A DNA stretch of 64,000 nucleotides from a virus (taxonomy: Duplodnaviria > Caudoviricetes). The stretch is from positions 708-64,707 of IMG/VR virus record IMGVR_UViG_3300035698_007626; one strand, written 5' to 3'. The notes beneath the pieces are model-generated. The model had not been told where the DNA came from. It searched no databases and was given only the letters and a program-made list of their open reading frames with translations. Shown here piece after piece: positions 37,731-48,035 of this stretch (position 1 is its first letter; each line of letters opens with the position of its first letter). The position numbers were made by a program, and so were the translations under genes.

Positions 37731-37739
37731 AATATTAGT

Positions 37740-38717
37740 ATGGCATATGGTATCCAAGCTCTGCAGTCGCCGACCCGGATGCCGCGCAATCCGGCCCCTG
37801 CTGCAAAACAGCTGGCGGCGTCGGGGCGTGGGGGCGACGATTCAGTTGCCCATCTTACCGAGGGTGAAATGATTATCCCGGAGTCTTTCCAGACGCCCGG
37901 TGTCATGGCCCTCCTGTCCAAAGAGATGCGTCAAAAGGGTGCCAACCCCGCCGAATACCAAGTAGGCAGTGAGCACGCCTCCATTAACCCCACCACCGGC
38001 CTTCAGGAGTTCGCCGACCGATTCGGGCAGGCGCGTGACCGGGCCGAAGTAGACAGTTTCCAGCGCTTCATGGATCGGGGCGTGACCATCGGTAGGCGCT
38101 TCGCCGACTGGGACGAAGAGTCGGGAGGCCCGCTCCCGTCCTACCTGGGTGCTCAGCAAAACGAAGATCTAAACCAGCTCATGGTTGAGTACGGCCTCGG
38201 CGGCTTTGAAGAGCCCACTATCGCCCCCGGCGCCCTGAACAGTCTGCGCGACATCTTCCAGGGTGGCGGCACCCCGCAGGGCGACCTTCAACACGCGGCG
38301 CTCGAAGCGGCTCGAGGCGGGTTCCAAGATCCGCGTGGCGGTTCCAACGTGAATGCCTCCCCCCTCAACGGCCTCGGCGGTCTGGGCGGTCAGGCGGCGG
38401 GCGGTCAACTACAGGCTATCCTTGACACGTACAACGCCGATCAGGGGGGCCCTCGCAACGAAAGCGACATCCAGCTTACAGACATCCTCACGGCCTACGG
38501 GGTGCCCGGCGCAGTCAATACCGCGCCTGACTACTCCAATATGGGCACCTATGGTGAACAGGGCGGCGAGCGCTCCTTGGCGCGCTTCACCATTCCGGGC
38601 GATCAGGTCCTCAGTGATGCCGAGGTCGAGCGACGTGGGGGCGCCGACGCCATCAGCAATCAGGTTGCAATGACACCATCCTACATGTTCTACGACATCC
38701 TGAGGGGCGACAGCTAA
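37740..38717 (+). CDS. Internal virion (ejection) protein
   Basis: GRGGD..VAHLTEGE and SINP.TGL.EF motifs; Gly/Gln-rich. Confidence 0.6.
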   Translation: MAYGIQALQSPTRMPRNPAPAAKQLAASGRGGDDSVAHLTEGEMIIPESFQTPGVMALLSKEMRQKGANPAEYQVGSEHASINPTTGLQEFADRFGQARDRAEVDSFQRFMDRGVTIGRRFADWDEESGGPLPSYLGAQQNEDLNQLMVEYGLGGFEEPTIAPGALNSLRDIFQGGGTPQGDLQHAALEAARGGFQDPRGGSNVNASPLNGLGGLGGQAAGGQLQAILDTYNADQGGPRNESDIQLTDILTAYGVPGAVNTAPDYSNMGTYGEQGGERSLARFTIPGDQVLSDAEVERRGGADAISNQVAMTPSYMFYDILRGDS

Positions 38718-39730
38718 TGGTAATAGGTGTAGGTACCGGCCTAGCAATCTCGGCGGGCCTCGGGCTTGCCTCCAGCGTCCTTGGTGAAAATAGCGGCCCT
38801 TCCAGCTACGCTGACGCCACTCAAACGATTGTCAATGAGCTCCCGTCTTATCTGCGTGGCCCGACTTCGCGGCTGGCGCAGTCTGCCGAAAGCCTCGTAG
38901 CAAACGACCCCTATCAACCCTATCAAGGCCAGCGCATTGCCTCACTCACACCAGACCACATCAGCGGCTTCAACACGGCGCGCGACGCCTCGGGCATCGG
39001 GGCTATGCGCGTGGGCTCAGGCTACGAGATGGCCTCGCAGGCGGGGGCGCCGGTCGGCGGTCAAGACATTAATCGTCTCTTCAACCCGTACCTCTCCCTC
39101 GTCGGCCAGCAAGCCGAGCGGGAACTCAGCCGCCAGAACCTCCAGCAGCGCAACGTAGACGGTGCGCGGGCTGTGCAGGCAGGCGCATTCGGTGGCGCGC
39201 GGCACGGTATTGTTGATGCAGAGCGGGAGCGCAATCATACGCGCGGTCTTAGCGACCTCTATGAGCGGCTCTATGCAGGCGGCTATGATCGGGCTCTCTC
39301 AGGGGCTCAGACTGATAAGGCGCGAGGCCTTCAGAGCGGAATTGCTCAAGGCCAACTTGGTGTACAAGGTCAGCAGACGGCTTTCCAAGACACGGCCCAG
39401 CAGATCGGCATCGGCCAACTGCAACAAGAACAGACTCAGCGTAACCTCAATCTCGGTTACACGGACTTCCAGAATCAGCGGCGCCACCCCTATGAGCAGC
39501 TTGAGTTCCTCACGCAGACCCTCGCGGGCAACCCCGGCGCGCGTACCATGTCGACTTCCCAGATTAGCTCGACGCCCCGTTACGATCCCTCTGCCCTGCA
39601 GCAGGGCCTTGGCACCGGCATTGCCACCCTAGGGGCGCTCTCTAACTTCGGGGCTTTCGGACAACAGGGCAGCGGTGTTGCGGGTCTCCAGCAGTCGCCG
39701 AACTTTTACCTTAATGGAGCACCCCAGTAA
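38717..39730 (+). CDS. DNA transfer / ejection protein
   Basis: YQPYQGQRIA, NPY, AGAFGG.RHG, Gln-rich, hydrophobic Gly/Ala termini. Confidence 0.7.
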   Translation: MVIGVGTGLAISAGLGLASSVLGENSGPSSYADATQTIVNELPSYLRGPTSRLAQSAESLVANDPYQPYQGQRIASLTPDHISGFNTARDASGIGAMRVGSGYEMASQAGAPVGGQDINRLFNPYLSLVGQQAERELSRQNLQQRNVDGARAVQAGAFGGARHGIVDAERERNHTRGLSDLYERLYAGGYDRALSGAQTDKARGLQSGIAQGQLGVQGQQTAFQDTAQQIGIGQLQQEQTQRNLNLGYTDFQNQRRHPYEQLEFLTQTLAGNPGARTMSTSQISSTPRYDPSALQQGLGTGIATLGALSNFGAFGQQGSGVAGLQQSPNFYLNGAPQ

Positions 39731-40686
39731 TGGTGGGCGTTGAAGACATCCTCAAGTTCCTGAGTCCGAGTTTCTACTCCTCAAATAATGCAAATAACCC
39801 TAATGTAGTGCGTGCGCAACAGTACGCTAACGACGAAGACGCTGCTGCTGACATATTTCATCGACTTGACAAAGATAAAAACGCAATCAGCGATGCACTT
39901 CAAGGATGGTCCAATTACGGGGCGCGTGTACATCGTAACCCACCCCGGGCCGGGCGTAAGCCTCTAGACCCCGTTACTTATAATCAAGATGTGGACACTC
40001 ACGGCATTGATAAACTTGAGAGTGTGCCCCTCAAAGCACAGGGGCCGCGCACGCCCGCCGAGATGTTGATGCCCAGCGCCGACGGTCCGCCCAGCGCCGA
40101 CGGTCCGCCCACCGATCTTCGGGCCCCTACTGCAGAGGGGGGAGGCCTCGGGTCTAAACTTGAAGGCCTGTTGAGCAACCCCGACGTTGGGCGCTATTTG
40201 ACTGAGTTGGGTGCGAGCCTCGCGCAAGGAACTGGCCGGCCTCAGGGTGACTTCGCGGCTTCCCTTACTCGGGGCATGCAGGCCGGCGGTAAGGCGGTGG
40301 ACGCCGCTACTGCCGCCAAATCCAACACGGCCTTCAAGGAGTCGCAGGCGCGCGCTATGGACGCAGGGGCCAAGCTGAGTGAGGAGCAGGCCAAGGCCAT
40401 GGGCGTGGGGCCAGAGAAGTTTCGCACCCTGTCGCGCATCGCCGAGTGGCTGGGCGCCAAGGACTCCAAGAGTCGGGCCGAAGTTTTTAAGCGCATGTTC
40501 TCCACAGACAAGGGCGCCGATCCCATGGAACTGATGATGCTGAGCATGCTCGTCCCCGAACTAGGGCCTGAGATCAGCAATATTATTCGTAAGCAGTACG
40601 GCCTTGGCAAGGCAGGTGGCCCGCCCAAGGGCACTAAGATAGACCGCACTGGAGTAACGGCAGTATCCAAGACTCCAGCTGAATAG
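39730..40686 (+). CDS. Internal virion / ejection protein
   Basis: Position between ejection genes; Gly/Ala-rich helical segment. Confidence 0.55.
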   Translation: MVGVEDILKFLSPSFYSSNNANNPNVVRAQQYANDEDAAADIFHRLDKDKNAISDALQGWSNYGARVHRNPPRAGRKPLDPVTYNQDVDTHGIDKLESVPLKAQGPRTPAEMLMPSADGPPSADGPPTDLRAPTAEGGGLGSKLEGLLSNPDVGRYLTELGASLAQGTGRPQGDFAASLTRGMQAGGKAVDAATAAKSNTAFKESQARAMDAGAKLSEEQAKAMGVGPEKFRTLSRIAEWLGAKDSKSRAEVFKRMFSTDKGADPMELMMLSMLVPELGPEISNIIRKQYGLGKAGGPPKGTKIDRTGVTAVSKTPAE

Positions 40687-40692
40687 GAAATA

Positions 40693-43600
40693 ATGGTTCA
40701 GTATGTTGATCTGGGAGGCGGTGTTTACGTTGAGTACCCCGACTCCCTGTCCAAGAGCGAAATAGACGCAGACCTTCGCTCCGAAAGTTTCAAAGCCCAG
40801 ATGGGCGAACAGGGTCTCGATCTCGTTATCGACGACTCGCAGCAAGTCTCGGAAGACCAAGGCTTTGCCGACATTGTGGCCAACAACTTTTCGCGTGGCC
40901 TCAAAACCGGTTGGCAGGGTCTCACCACGGACCTCGCAGCCGCTGGCGCCATCGACCCTGATTGGGCGTCGCGCCTCATTGCCTCAGGTGAAATCGAGAA
41001 ACGCCAAACAGAGATGCCGCGCGACCTGCGCGATTTCTATTCCATGGAGGGGTGGCGCGAATCCCTCTGGCAAGTCCTTTCAAATCCAGTAGACGTCGGC
41101 CTCGCCCTCACCGCTGAGGGTCTGGGCACAAGTGTCGTGCCCCTGTTGGCGGGCGTTGGCGGCGCACTAGCGGGCAGCCAAGCGGGCCCCGTGGGCGGTA
41201 CAGTCGGTCTGGCGGCGGGCGTAGGCATTGGCTCATTCATGGTTGAGGCGGGCGGCAGTATGGTCGACCTCATGATGGAGGAGGGCGTTGAGCTTACGAA
41301 CGCCGAGGCCATCGCGGGCCGGCTCGTGGACTCTGAGTTCATGGAGCGCGCTATTAAGCGGGGCGTCACCAAGGGTGCCGTGGTCGGTGCCTTAGACGCA
41401 GCCTCGGCTGGCGTCGCAGGACGCATCATTGCAGCCGCCGCTAAGAAAACCCTAGGGACGCGCGTTGCCGCCGTCTTCGGTGAACTCGGCGTACAGGGTG
41501 GCGCGGGCGGCGGCGGCGAAGCGCTCAGCCAGCTCGCCATTGGTGAAGAGATTTCGCCGCCCTCAGTCCTTGCTGAGTTCTTCGGGGAGATTGTACCGGG
41601 CATAGGCGAGATCGCCATCAACAAGATGGTCTCCCAGTCCAACCAGCGCGACGATGAAAAAGCTGACACCAACGTCACGGGCGGCACTGTATTCAGTGAT
41701 AACCGCACCGATTCCCTGCGCGGTAAAAAAGCCAAGTACGAGGACATCGATAGCCCCGTTACGCTAGCGGCCACCTTCGAAACCTCAGGGCAGAAGAAGA
41801 TGATGTTGCGGCTCCGCGATGGCAGCGTTATTGTTGTACCCTACGACCCCGCAAAACTCACCGCCATCAATACCAAGCCTGCCGCCCCAGCCGAACAGGA
41901 CGGTCCCCCCTCACAATCTACGGCCACTCCCCCCTCAAAGAAGCCACCCGCACCCCCCGCACCCCCCGCACCAGCGCAGCCGGCGGCCACTCGCGATGCC
42001 CCGCTGCCCAGCGTTGAGGAGATCCTTGCGGGGCGCCAGCGCACTGCAGTAGACGAAGTCACGCAAGACTACATGGACACCCCAGAGGCCTCAGCCATCC
42101 CGGACGTGCCCCTGCTGGCGCTGCCTGCCCCAGTCTTGCCTGAAGTAACTGCCGGCGCTGAAGAGCTCCTGATTGCCAACGACATTGACCCCTCGGCCAT
42201 TACAGGCACCGGCAAGGACGGGCGCATCATTAAGCGCGATGCCACTAACTACCTCAAGGAACAGCTCTCCGCCGCTCCCCCCTCACAGCCCTCCGCCGCT
42301 GCCCCAGAAGCCCCAGAAGCCCCAGAAGCCCCAGAAGCCCCGGCCTTCCCACATATTGATTCGGATGATTTGGCATTTTTGCAGGCCCAAGGGACGCCCC
42401 CGGAAATCTTGCAGGAACTCACGGCTGCCGATGCGGCCTCAATGGTCCGTACTCTGAAGGTAATTGAAGAGGACGCTGCCGCCCTCGCAGCCCCTGAGCC
42501 CACGCCCGAGCCCACGCCGCCGAAGAGCGTTGAGGACACGTTGCTTGAGAGCGGTATGACGCCTGAGCAACTTGAGGCCCTTACTCCCGAAGACAAGGCC
42601 GAACTCGTTGAATTACTGGGCACACAAGAAGAGGTACTGCCGGACCCCGACCAACTTGCCGACGACTTCAATGCGGAAAATTTTGACGCTGAAACGGTGG
42701 ACGCTGAGCTTGAGGCGTTCGCGGCGGAAATGGATAAACCCAAAGCCACCGAGGAGCGCCAGCACCACCCCGATGCACCCCCAAAAACAAAGGTGGCCGT
42801 AAAAGATAAACCAATTACACAACCCACGGTTGCTAATGTTGTGCGCCAAGTGGATGGTGTGGACTATAACATCAATTACGCCTCAGGGCTCATTGAGCGC
42901 GTTGATGGGGAAAAGACCACGTCAGGGCAGAAGAAAGCTGTGCGCAACAAGCTGGGACTGCCGCCCCCGCGCAACATTGATTACACCCCAGAGGAGGTGG
43001 AGATTGATGGCAAATTATTCCGTTACCACCCCGGCTCAGGGGCGGTCTCTCGGTTTGCAGCCCCCTTAACTGAGGGGGGAAAGGGCCACTGGCGAAAGGC
43101 GGGCGAGGCGGCCTCCGCAGAAGTGCGCACGAAGATTGGTGCAGGCAAGGTCCGGCGCAGTGCTCGCATCCCCGGTTGGTCGCCGCCGCGTCGTATGAAC
43201 GATGTGCAGCGCATCCTCGCCGACCTGCGCAAGTGGGGCCTCAATGGCCGCGTCCTGCCGCGCCTTGTCATGGGCAAGGTTTACGATAATGAAGGCAACA
43301 TCGTTGGGGCCCTGTGGGACCCGGTGAAGAAAATCATCACTATAGACGCGATGCGGCCCGACATGTATAACTTGTGGCGCCACGAGGCCTTTCACGCCAT
43401 GCACGACATGGGGTTCTTCCCCGAAGTTGAGCGGCGGGCCTTGGAGCAGATGGTTCCCGTGTGGATGGAGCAATTCAATATTCGCGAGCGCTGGGCCGAG
43501 TACAATCTCACCGAAGACGAGTTGGCGCGCGAGGCGGAGGCCGAAGCGTTCGCCGCCTATGCACAGGGCTTCTATCACCCCAACGGCGCCATCGGTTATA

Positions 43601-46600
43601 TCTTCCAGCGTATTGCCGACTTTGTGCGCTGGCTGCGCGGGCACTTCACATCTGACGGGGGCGCCGCATACAAGGTCACCGAACAACTCTTCAACCAGAT
43701 TGAGGGGGGAGCATATAGCAACACCTTGGCGCTCAACATGGAGGAGACGGCCATCCTCGAAATGATGGACTCCATGGTGGATGCGTCGCCGCAGATGCGC
43801 GAGGAGATGCTGGACCGCATGGTTGAGATGGGGCTTAATCAGACCTCGCCCTACTCGCCGCACGTCAACGCCAATGCCAACGCGGGGCGCATTTCGCGCG
43901 CGTCCCCCGCCGACTTCAAGCAGTGGTTTGGCGATTCCCAAGTCACCCATCCCGACGGGACGCCCGCCCTAGTCTACATCAACCGCGATGGCGCGCCGGT
44001 CTACGGGCCGGCCACCACGTCCTTTGTCTACGGCACCGGCGTGCCCGCTGGGCCTACGCAGAATCGGGGCTTCGTCTCGAACTCCCCCCTCGGAGCGGCC
44101 AATTTGAAGCCGGCCTTTCTGCACATCGCCAATCCGGTGCGCGTCTTCGGCTTAGGGGCCGGCCCCATCAACATGGTGCGGCAGCTGATCGGCGACCAGC
44201 CCAAGACCTCGCAGGTCCTCGATGGGCCCGAGATTACAATCAACCCGGTCTTCACCGTGCAAGAGGGTGCGCTTCTCATCGAGCAGATGACGAAGAGCCC
44301 CAAGCGCCAGATGGACCTCCTGCAGAAAGCGTTAAAGAACAAGGGCTACGACGGCCTCGTTTATCACAATGCGGCGGAGTCCCCCCTCAATCCCACGGAT
44401 TTGTGGATGCCGTTCGATAGCAAGCAGGTGCGGCCTGCCATGGACGTCAAGGGGCGCGATCTTCGGCAGTCTTCCAACATTAAACCCCGGCGCTCCGCCG
44501 CGACCGGCCTTGATGATGCGCCCGGCGCCTCCACTGCCCAGCGCTCCAGCATCGTCAAGCAGGCGCTTAACGTGGTGCAGCATGCCTCACGCACCAGCGC
44601 GGACAAAATTGACAGCCCTCAGAAACTGTCGCGCCTCGGCATGTGGGTGCACTCGCTGCGGCACGTTGCCCAAGAGTTCACGGACTTTGCTGACTTCTAC
44701 GCATGGACAGACGTTCTGCGCACCACCCGCAACACGGTCGCCAACGAGGGCTCGGTCCTCATTAGGCCGCTGGGGCGCATCTCGGACGAGCAGCGTCACG
44801 TTGTCCATAAGGCCATGGAAATCTCGCAGATGTTTCCGGGCAAGTATGCGCCAAACGAGAACGGCCAAATTGTATTTGTGGCCCCGGCAGAATTGCCCCA
44901 CGTGGGGATGGAGTCGGAAGTCATTGCGAACGAAGTAGTCATCCTAGAGAATGAGACTGCCGAGGCCTACATGGCCGCGCAGCAGACCATGGATTATGCG
45001 CTCAATGAGCTGAAGCGGGCCTACCTGTCGCGCCAGACTGATAACATTCGCAACGTCCTGCAGCGGCTCCACGAGGTTGGCGTCACCACGGTTTCGCCGA
45101 CACAGGCTGAGGATATGGATGCGGCCATTGCTAACTCCCTGCAAATCCCGGCGCCCGGCAATGTGACAGACGACTTCATTGAGTCGATGACCCCGGCGCA
45201 GTTCCGGGCCTTGCACGACCACGTGCGCGTGTTGCTTAACGGGTTCTTCGGGGGCGTCCCTGATGCCACATACAGCGAAACACTAGAGGCTCTCCAGCAG
45301 CACTATACGCGCGAGGACGGCTCTAATCCCGAGGCAACCACCTTCACAGCGCTCACCGAATTAACCAATGAGCTACAAGAAATCCGCACTGCCCTGAACC
45401 AGTTCGAAGGTTATGGCAAAGTAGACTATGTGCCATTCATGCGCTTCGGCCAACACTACGTCGAGGTGCGCTCCATTGACGAAGACGGCAAACCCGGCAA
45501 GCTCCTGCACTATGAGTTCATTGAGTTCAATCCGTGGGAGAAGGGGCCGCTGTGGCAACGCAAGGCGCGCAAGGCCATCACGCGGCTCAAGCAGCAGTAC
45601 CCGGACGCGCACGTCGAGAACAAGGTGCGGCGGGCCACTTTCGACTCATTGCGCAAGGTGGCCGGCGACGAGTTCTCGCAGATCGACTACGCCATGCAGT
45701 TCATGTCAGGGGCCCAGCAGGAGTTTTACGGCGCATTCAAGCGCAACGCAGAGGCGGCCCTCTCGGCGCGCGGCTTCAAGAATATGCTGCGGGCGCGTAA
45801 GGGTGTCTCAGGCTACAGTACCGACTTTACGCGGGGCCTCTTACAGTATCTCATTGGGGTGTCTGGCTACGTGTCAAAGATGCGGTACCAGCCACACATT
45901 GATGCTGCCGTTAATCGTATCGAGACCAACACAGACACGGACGCCAATCTAGCTAAGCTGGCGCGCGAGAGCCGTGACTACATCCTTTCCCCCGAGGAAG
46001 AATACCAGACGTGGCGGAAGTGGGGCTTCATCTGGTTCCTTGGAGGCAACATCTCCTCGGCCTTGCTGCAGACCATGTCGCTTGTGCAGTTCACCGGCGC
46101 CCACCTATCCAGCTTCCTAGGCAACGCGGGCTCCATAAAGCACATGGCGCAGGCCTCTGCTGACATGACAAAGATTATGAAGGGGGGCGACCGGGAGCGG
46201 GAGTACTCAGATATTTTCATGGCCTTCAACAGGCTGCCGGAAGATGTGCGCAAGCACGTTAAGCGCGGCGTCGAGGAAGGTATTATCAAGCAGCAGGCCG
46301 TGCTCGAAGAGTCGGGCATGTCTCCCACCAGTGCCTCCACCGGCATTGCGCGCGCCAAGGGTACATGGGAAAACACCATTGTTAACAAGCTGCTGGCGGG
46401 GCCCTTCTCCACCTTCGAGACGTGGTCGCGCGGGGTGGCTTTCATTGCGGCTATTCGCGGCTCCACGCTGCCGAACGGCGAAATCAAGCCCGAGGTCCAG
46501 CGCAAGATCCTAGAGGTCTTCGGTAACAATGCGCTCTTCCTGCGCCTCATGCGTCAAGAGGGGGGAATAACTCCGTACCTATTTGCGCGCATGGTGGTGG

Positions 46601-47670
46601 ACGACACGTTCGGCGTCTATGGTAAGGGCAATCGCCCGTACATGATGCAGGGCATCGGCTCGGCCCTCTTGCAGTTCCAGACATACCCGCTGCAGATGTT
46701 CGAGTTTCTGAAGCGGATGCTCACCAGCCAAGGTGGCGCGGGCAAGGCGGCGTTCGCCAAGGTCATGCTCATGCTGTTCCTGACGGCGGGCCTGCGCGGG
46801 CTGCCGCTGGGCGACGACATGGCGGACTATTGGGAGTACTATAAGCGTACCTTTAGTGACGTCGATGACCCGCTGTCGCTTCAGTTGCGTGAGATGCTGA
46901 GCACTAACTTTGGCTTCTCCCCCTTCATGCAGGAGTTCATGGAGAACGGCCTGTTCAATGCGGCGGGCATTGATGTGCAGCGGCGCATCAGCCTCGGTGA
47001 GATGGTGGGCTCGGAGCAGGTCAAGGCGCTGCTCGGCGTGCGGGGTGGCGTGGACGAACTGCTCGGCGTGCCGGGCGCGTTGGCGTTTACCAGTGTCGGC
47101 AACTTTTACGAGCAGCAGCAACAGGGGCGGACCGTAGCGGCCCTCCAAAGTCTGATGCCCACCTTCTTGAAGAACGCCACCACCGGCCTATACACCCTCG
47201 GCGATTCAGGCCTCACGACGGCGGCGGGCGTTCGACTTATCAACCCCGAGGAAATCAATGCTGGCGAGCGCTACTCTAAGTTCTTCGGCTTTAACCCCAC
47301 GCGCCATGCCCACGCGCGCGAGCAGGAGTGGATGCGCAACCGGCTCAGCAGTGCGGTCGAGCAGGCCAAGTACCGATACGAGCGGCGTTACGAGGGTCAC
47401 ATGTTAGATTACATCGAGGCCATGCACGAGGACGACGAGGGCAATATGCGCTCGGCTAAAGAGTCTATGAACGACATTGTGGAGCAAATACTAGAACACA
47501 ACAGCAAGGCAAAACCTGAGCATTACATTGCGTTTAACTTGACAAACATTATGCTGCGTGTTATGATTGCCCGCAATCCTAAGATGAGGAACTTCCAGAT
47601 TAAAGAGCTGGCCCGGCCTCGCGCAATGGGTATGGAAGACCTCTACTATAACAAAGGATTCAGAGAATGA
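40693..47670 (+). CDS. Large polyvalent internal virion protein (Gly/Ala membrane region, E3-binding domain, zincin HExxH, ART-PolyVal-like, PLxRFG-like)
   Basis: 2325 aa; IDPSAITGTGKDGRIIKRD, HEAFH, FKQWFGDS...KGYDGLVY...FDSKQV, YVPFMRFG.HYV. Confidence 0.8.
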   Translation: MVQYVDLGGGVYVEYPDSLSKSEIDADLRSESFKAQMGEQGLDLVIDDSQQVSEDQGFADIVANNFSRGLKTGWQGLTTDLAAAGAIDPDWASRLIASGEIEKRQTEMPRDLRDFYSMEGWRESLWQVLSNPVDVGLALTAEGLGTSVVPLLAGVGGALAGSQAGPVGGTVGLAAGVGIGSFMVEAGGSMVDLMMEEGVELTNAEAIAGRLVDSEFMERAIKRGVTKGAVVGALDAASAGVAGRIIAAAAKKTLGTRVAAVFGELGVQGGAGGGGEALSQLAIGEEISPPSVLAEFFGEIVPGIGEIAINKMVSQSNQRDDEKADTNVTGGTVFSDNRTDSLRGKKAKYEDIDSPVTLAATFETSGQKKMMLRLRDGSVIVVPYDPAKLTAINTKPAAPAEQDGPPSQSTATPPSKKPPAPPAPPAPAQPAATRDAPLPSVEEILAGRQRTAVDEVTQDYMDTPEASAIPDVPLLALPAPVLPEVTAGAEELLIANDIDPSAITGTGKDGRIIKRDATNYLKEQLSAAPPSQPSAAAPEAPEAPEAPEAPAFPHIDSDDLAFLQAQGTPPEILQELTAADAASMVRTLKVIEEDAAALAAPEPTPEPTPPKSVEDTLLESGMTPEQLEALTPEDKAELVELLGTQEEVLPDPDQLADDFNAENFDAETVDAELEAFAAEMDKPKATEERQHHPDAPPKTKVAVKDKPITQPTVANVVRQVDGVDYNINYASGLIERVDGEKTTSGQKKAVRNKLGLPPPRNIDYTPEEVEIDGKLFRYHPGSGAVSRFAAPLTEGGKGHWRKAGEAASAEVRTKIGAGKVRRSARIPGWSPPRRMNDVQRILADLRKWGLNGRVLPRLVMGKVYDNEGNIVGALWDPVKKIITIDAMRPDMYNLWRHEAFHAMHDMGFFPEVERRALEQMVPVWMEQFNIRERWAEYNLTEDELAREAEAEAFAAYAQGFYHPNGAIGYIFQRIADFVRWLRGHFTSDGGAAYKVTEQLFNQIEGGAYSNTLALNMEETAILEMMDSMVDASPQMREEMLDRMVEMGLNQTSPYSPHVNANANAGRISRASPADFKQWFGDSQVTHPDGTPALVYINRDGAPVYGPATTSFVYGTGVPAGPTQNRGFVSNSPLGAANLKPAFLHIANPVRVFGLGAGPINMVRQLIGDQPKTSQVLDGPEITINPVFTVQEGALLIEQMTKSPKRQMDLLQKALKNKGYDGLVYHNAAESPLNPTDLWMPFDSKQVRPAMDVKGRDLRQSSNIKPRRSAATGLDDAPGASTAQRSSIVKQALNVVQHASRTSADKIDSPQKLSRLGMWVHSLRHVAQEFTDFADFYAWTDVLRTTRNTVANEGSVLIRPLGRISDEQRHVVHKAMEISQMFPGKYAPNENGQIVFVAPAELPHVGMESEVIANEVVILENETAEAYMAAQQTMDYALNELKRAYLSRQTDNIRNVLQRLHEVGVTTVSPTQAEDMDAAIANSLQIPAPGNVTDDFIESMTPAQFRALHDHVRVLLNGFFGGVPDATYSETLEALQQHYTREDGSNPEATTFTALTELTNELQEIRTALNQFEGYGKVDYVPFMRFGQHYVEVRSIDEDGKPGKLLHYEFIEFNPWEKGPLWQRKARKAITRLKQQYPDAHVENKVRRATFDSLRKVAGDEFSQIDYAMQFMSGAQQEFYGAFKRNAEAALSARGFKNMLRARKGVSGYSTDFTRGLLQYLIGVSGYVSKMRYQPHIDAAVNRIETNTDTDANLAKLARESRDYILSPEEEYQTWRKWGFIWFLGGNISSALLQTMSLVQFTGAHLSSFLGNAGSIKHMAQASADMTKIMKGGDREREYSDIFMAFNRLPEDVRKHVKRGVEEGIIKQQAVLEESGMSPTSASTGIARAKGTWENTIVNKLLAGPFSTFETWSRGVAFIAAIRGSTLPNGEIKPEVQRKILEVFGNNALFLRLMRQEGGITPYLFARMVVDDTFGVYGKGNRPYMMQGIGSALLQFQTYPLQMFEFLKRMLTSQGGAGKAAFAKVMLMLFLTAGLRGLPLGDDMADYWEYYKRTFSDVDDPLSLQLREMLSTNFGFSPFMQEFMENGLFNAAGIDVQRRISLGEMVGSEQVKALLGVRGGVDELLGVPGALAFTSVGNFYEQQQQGRTVAALQSLMPTFLKNATTGLYTLGDSGLTTAAGVRLINPEEINAGERYSKFFGFNPTRHAHAREQEWMRNRLSSAVEQAKYRYERRYEGHMLDYIEAMHEDDEGNMRSAKESMNDIVEQILEHNSKAKPEHYIAFNLTNIMLRVMIARNPKMRNFQIKELARPRAMGMEDLYYNKGFRE
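47539..47567 (+). promoter_or_regulatory. sigma70 promoter inside the 3' end of the large gene
   Basis: TTGACA-N17-TATGAT with extended TG. Confidence 0.6.
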
Positions 47671-48035
47671 AGAAAATCAGTAAATGGGTGGCAGCCGCTT
47701 TGGTGTCTTTTGTAATTGGGGTGAGTCCGGCTCTCGCTGATGAGAGTTGCATCACACCCGAAGCCTTCTTAGAGACCCTGCAGGTGAGCCTGCCTAATGT
47801 CCAAGAGTTGCGCCTTTACACGGGCGTCGATGCTTGGGAGTTTGCGTCCGAGATGGTGGAAGCCCCGGTGGAATTATTCATGGCATACGGCGCTGTGCAA
47901 ATTCTTAGGGAGCCCGCCTACCCCACTGATTTATTGGTACTCTTCAATCTACAAGGTTGCTATGTGGGGCATGAGGAATTTTCGCATGACCACGTTGACG
48001 CAGCCATTATACACATGGAAGGAACGCCAGCTTAA
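47667..48035 (+). CDS. Hypothetical exported protein
   Basis: Signal peptide ending in PALA. Confidence 0.6.
   Translation: MKKISKWVAAALVSFVIGVSPALADESCITPEAFLETLQVSLPNVQELRLYTGVDAWEFASEMVEAPVELFMAYGAVQILREPAYPTDLLVLFNLQGCYVGHEEFSHDHVDAAIIHMEGTPA

Noticed and set aside
42296-42342. 9-nt tandem repeat GCCCCAGAA
   Set aside because: Encodes the APE linker in the large protein; covered under the E3-binding finding.
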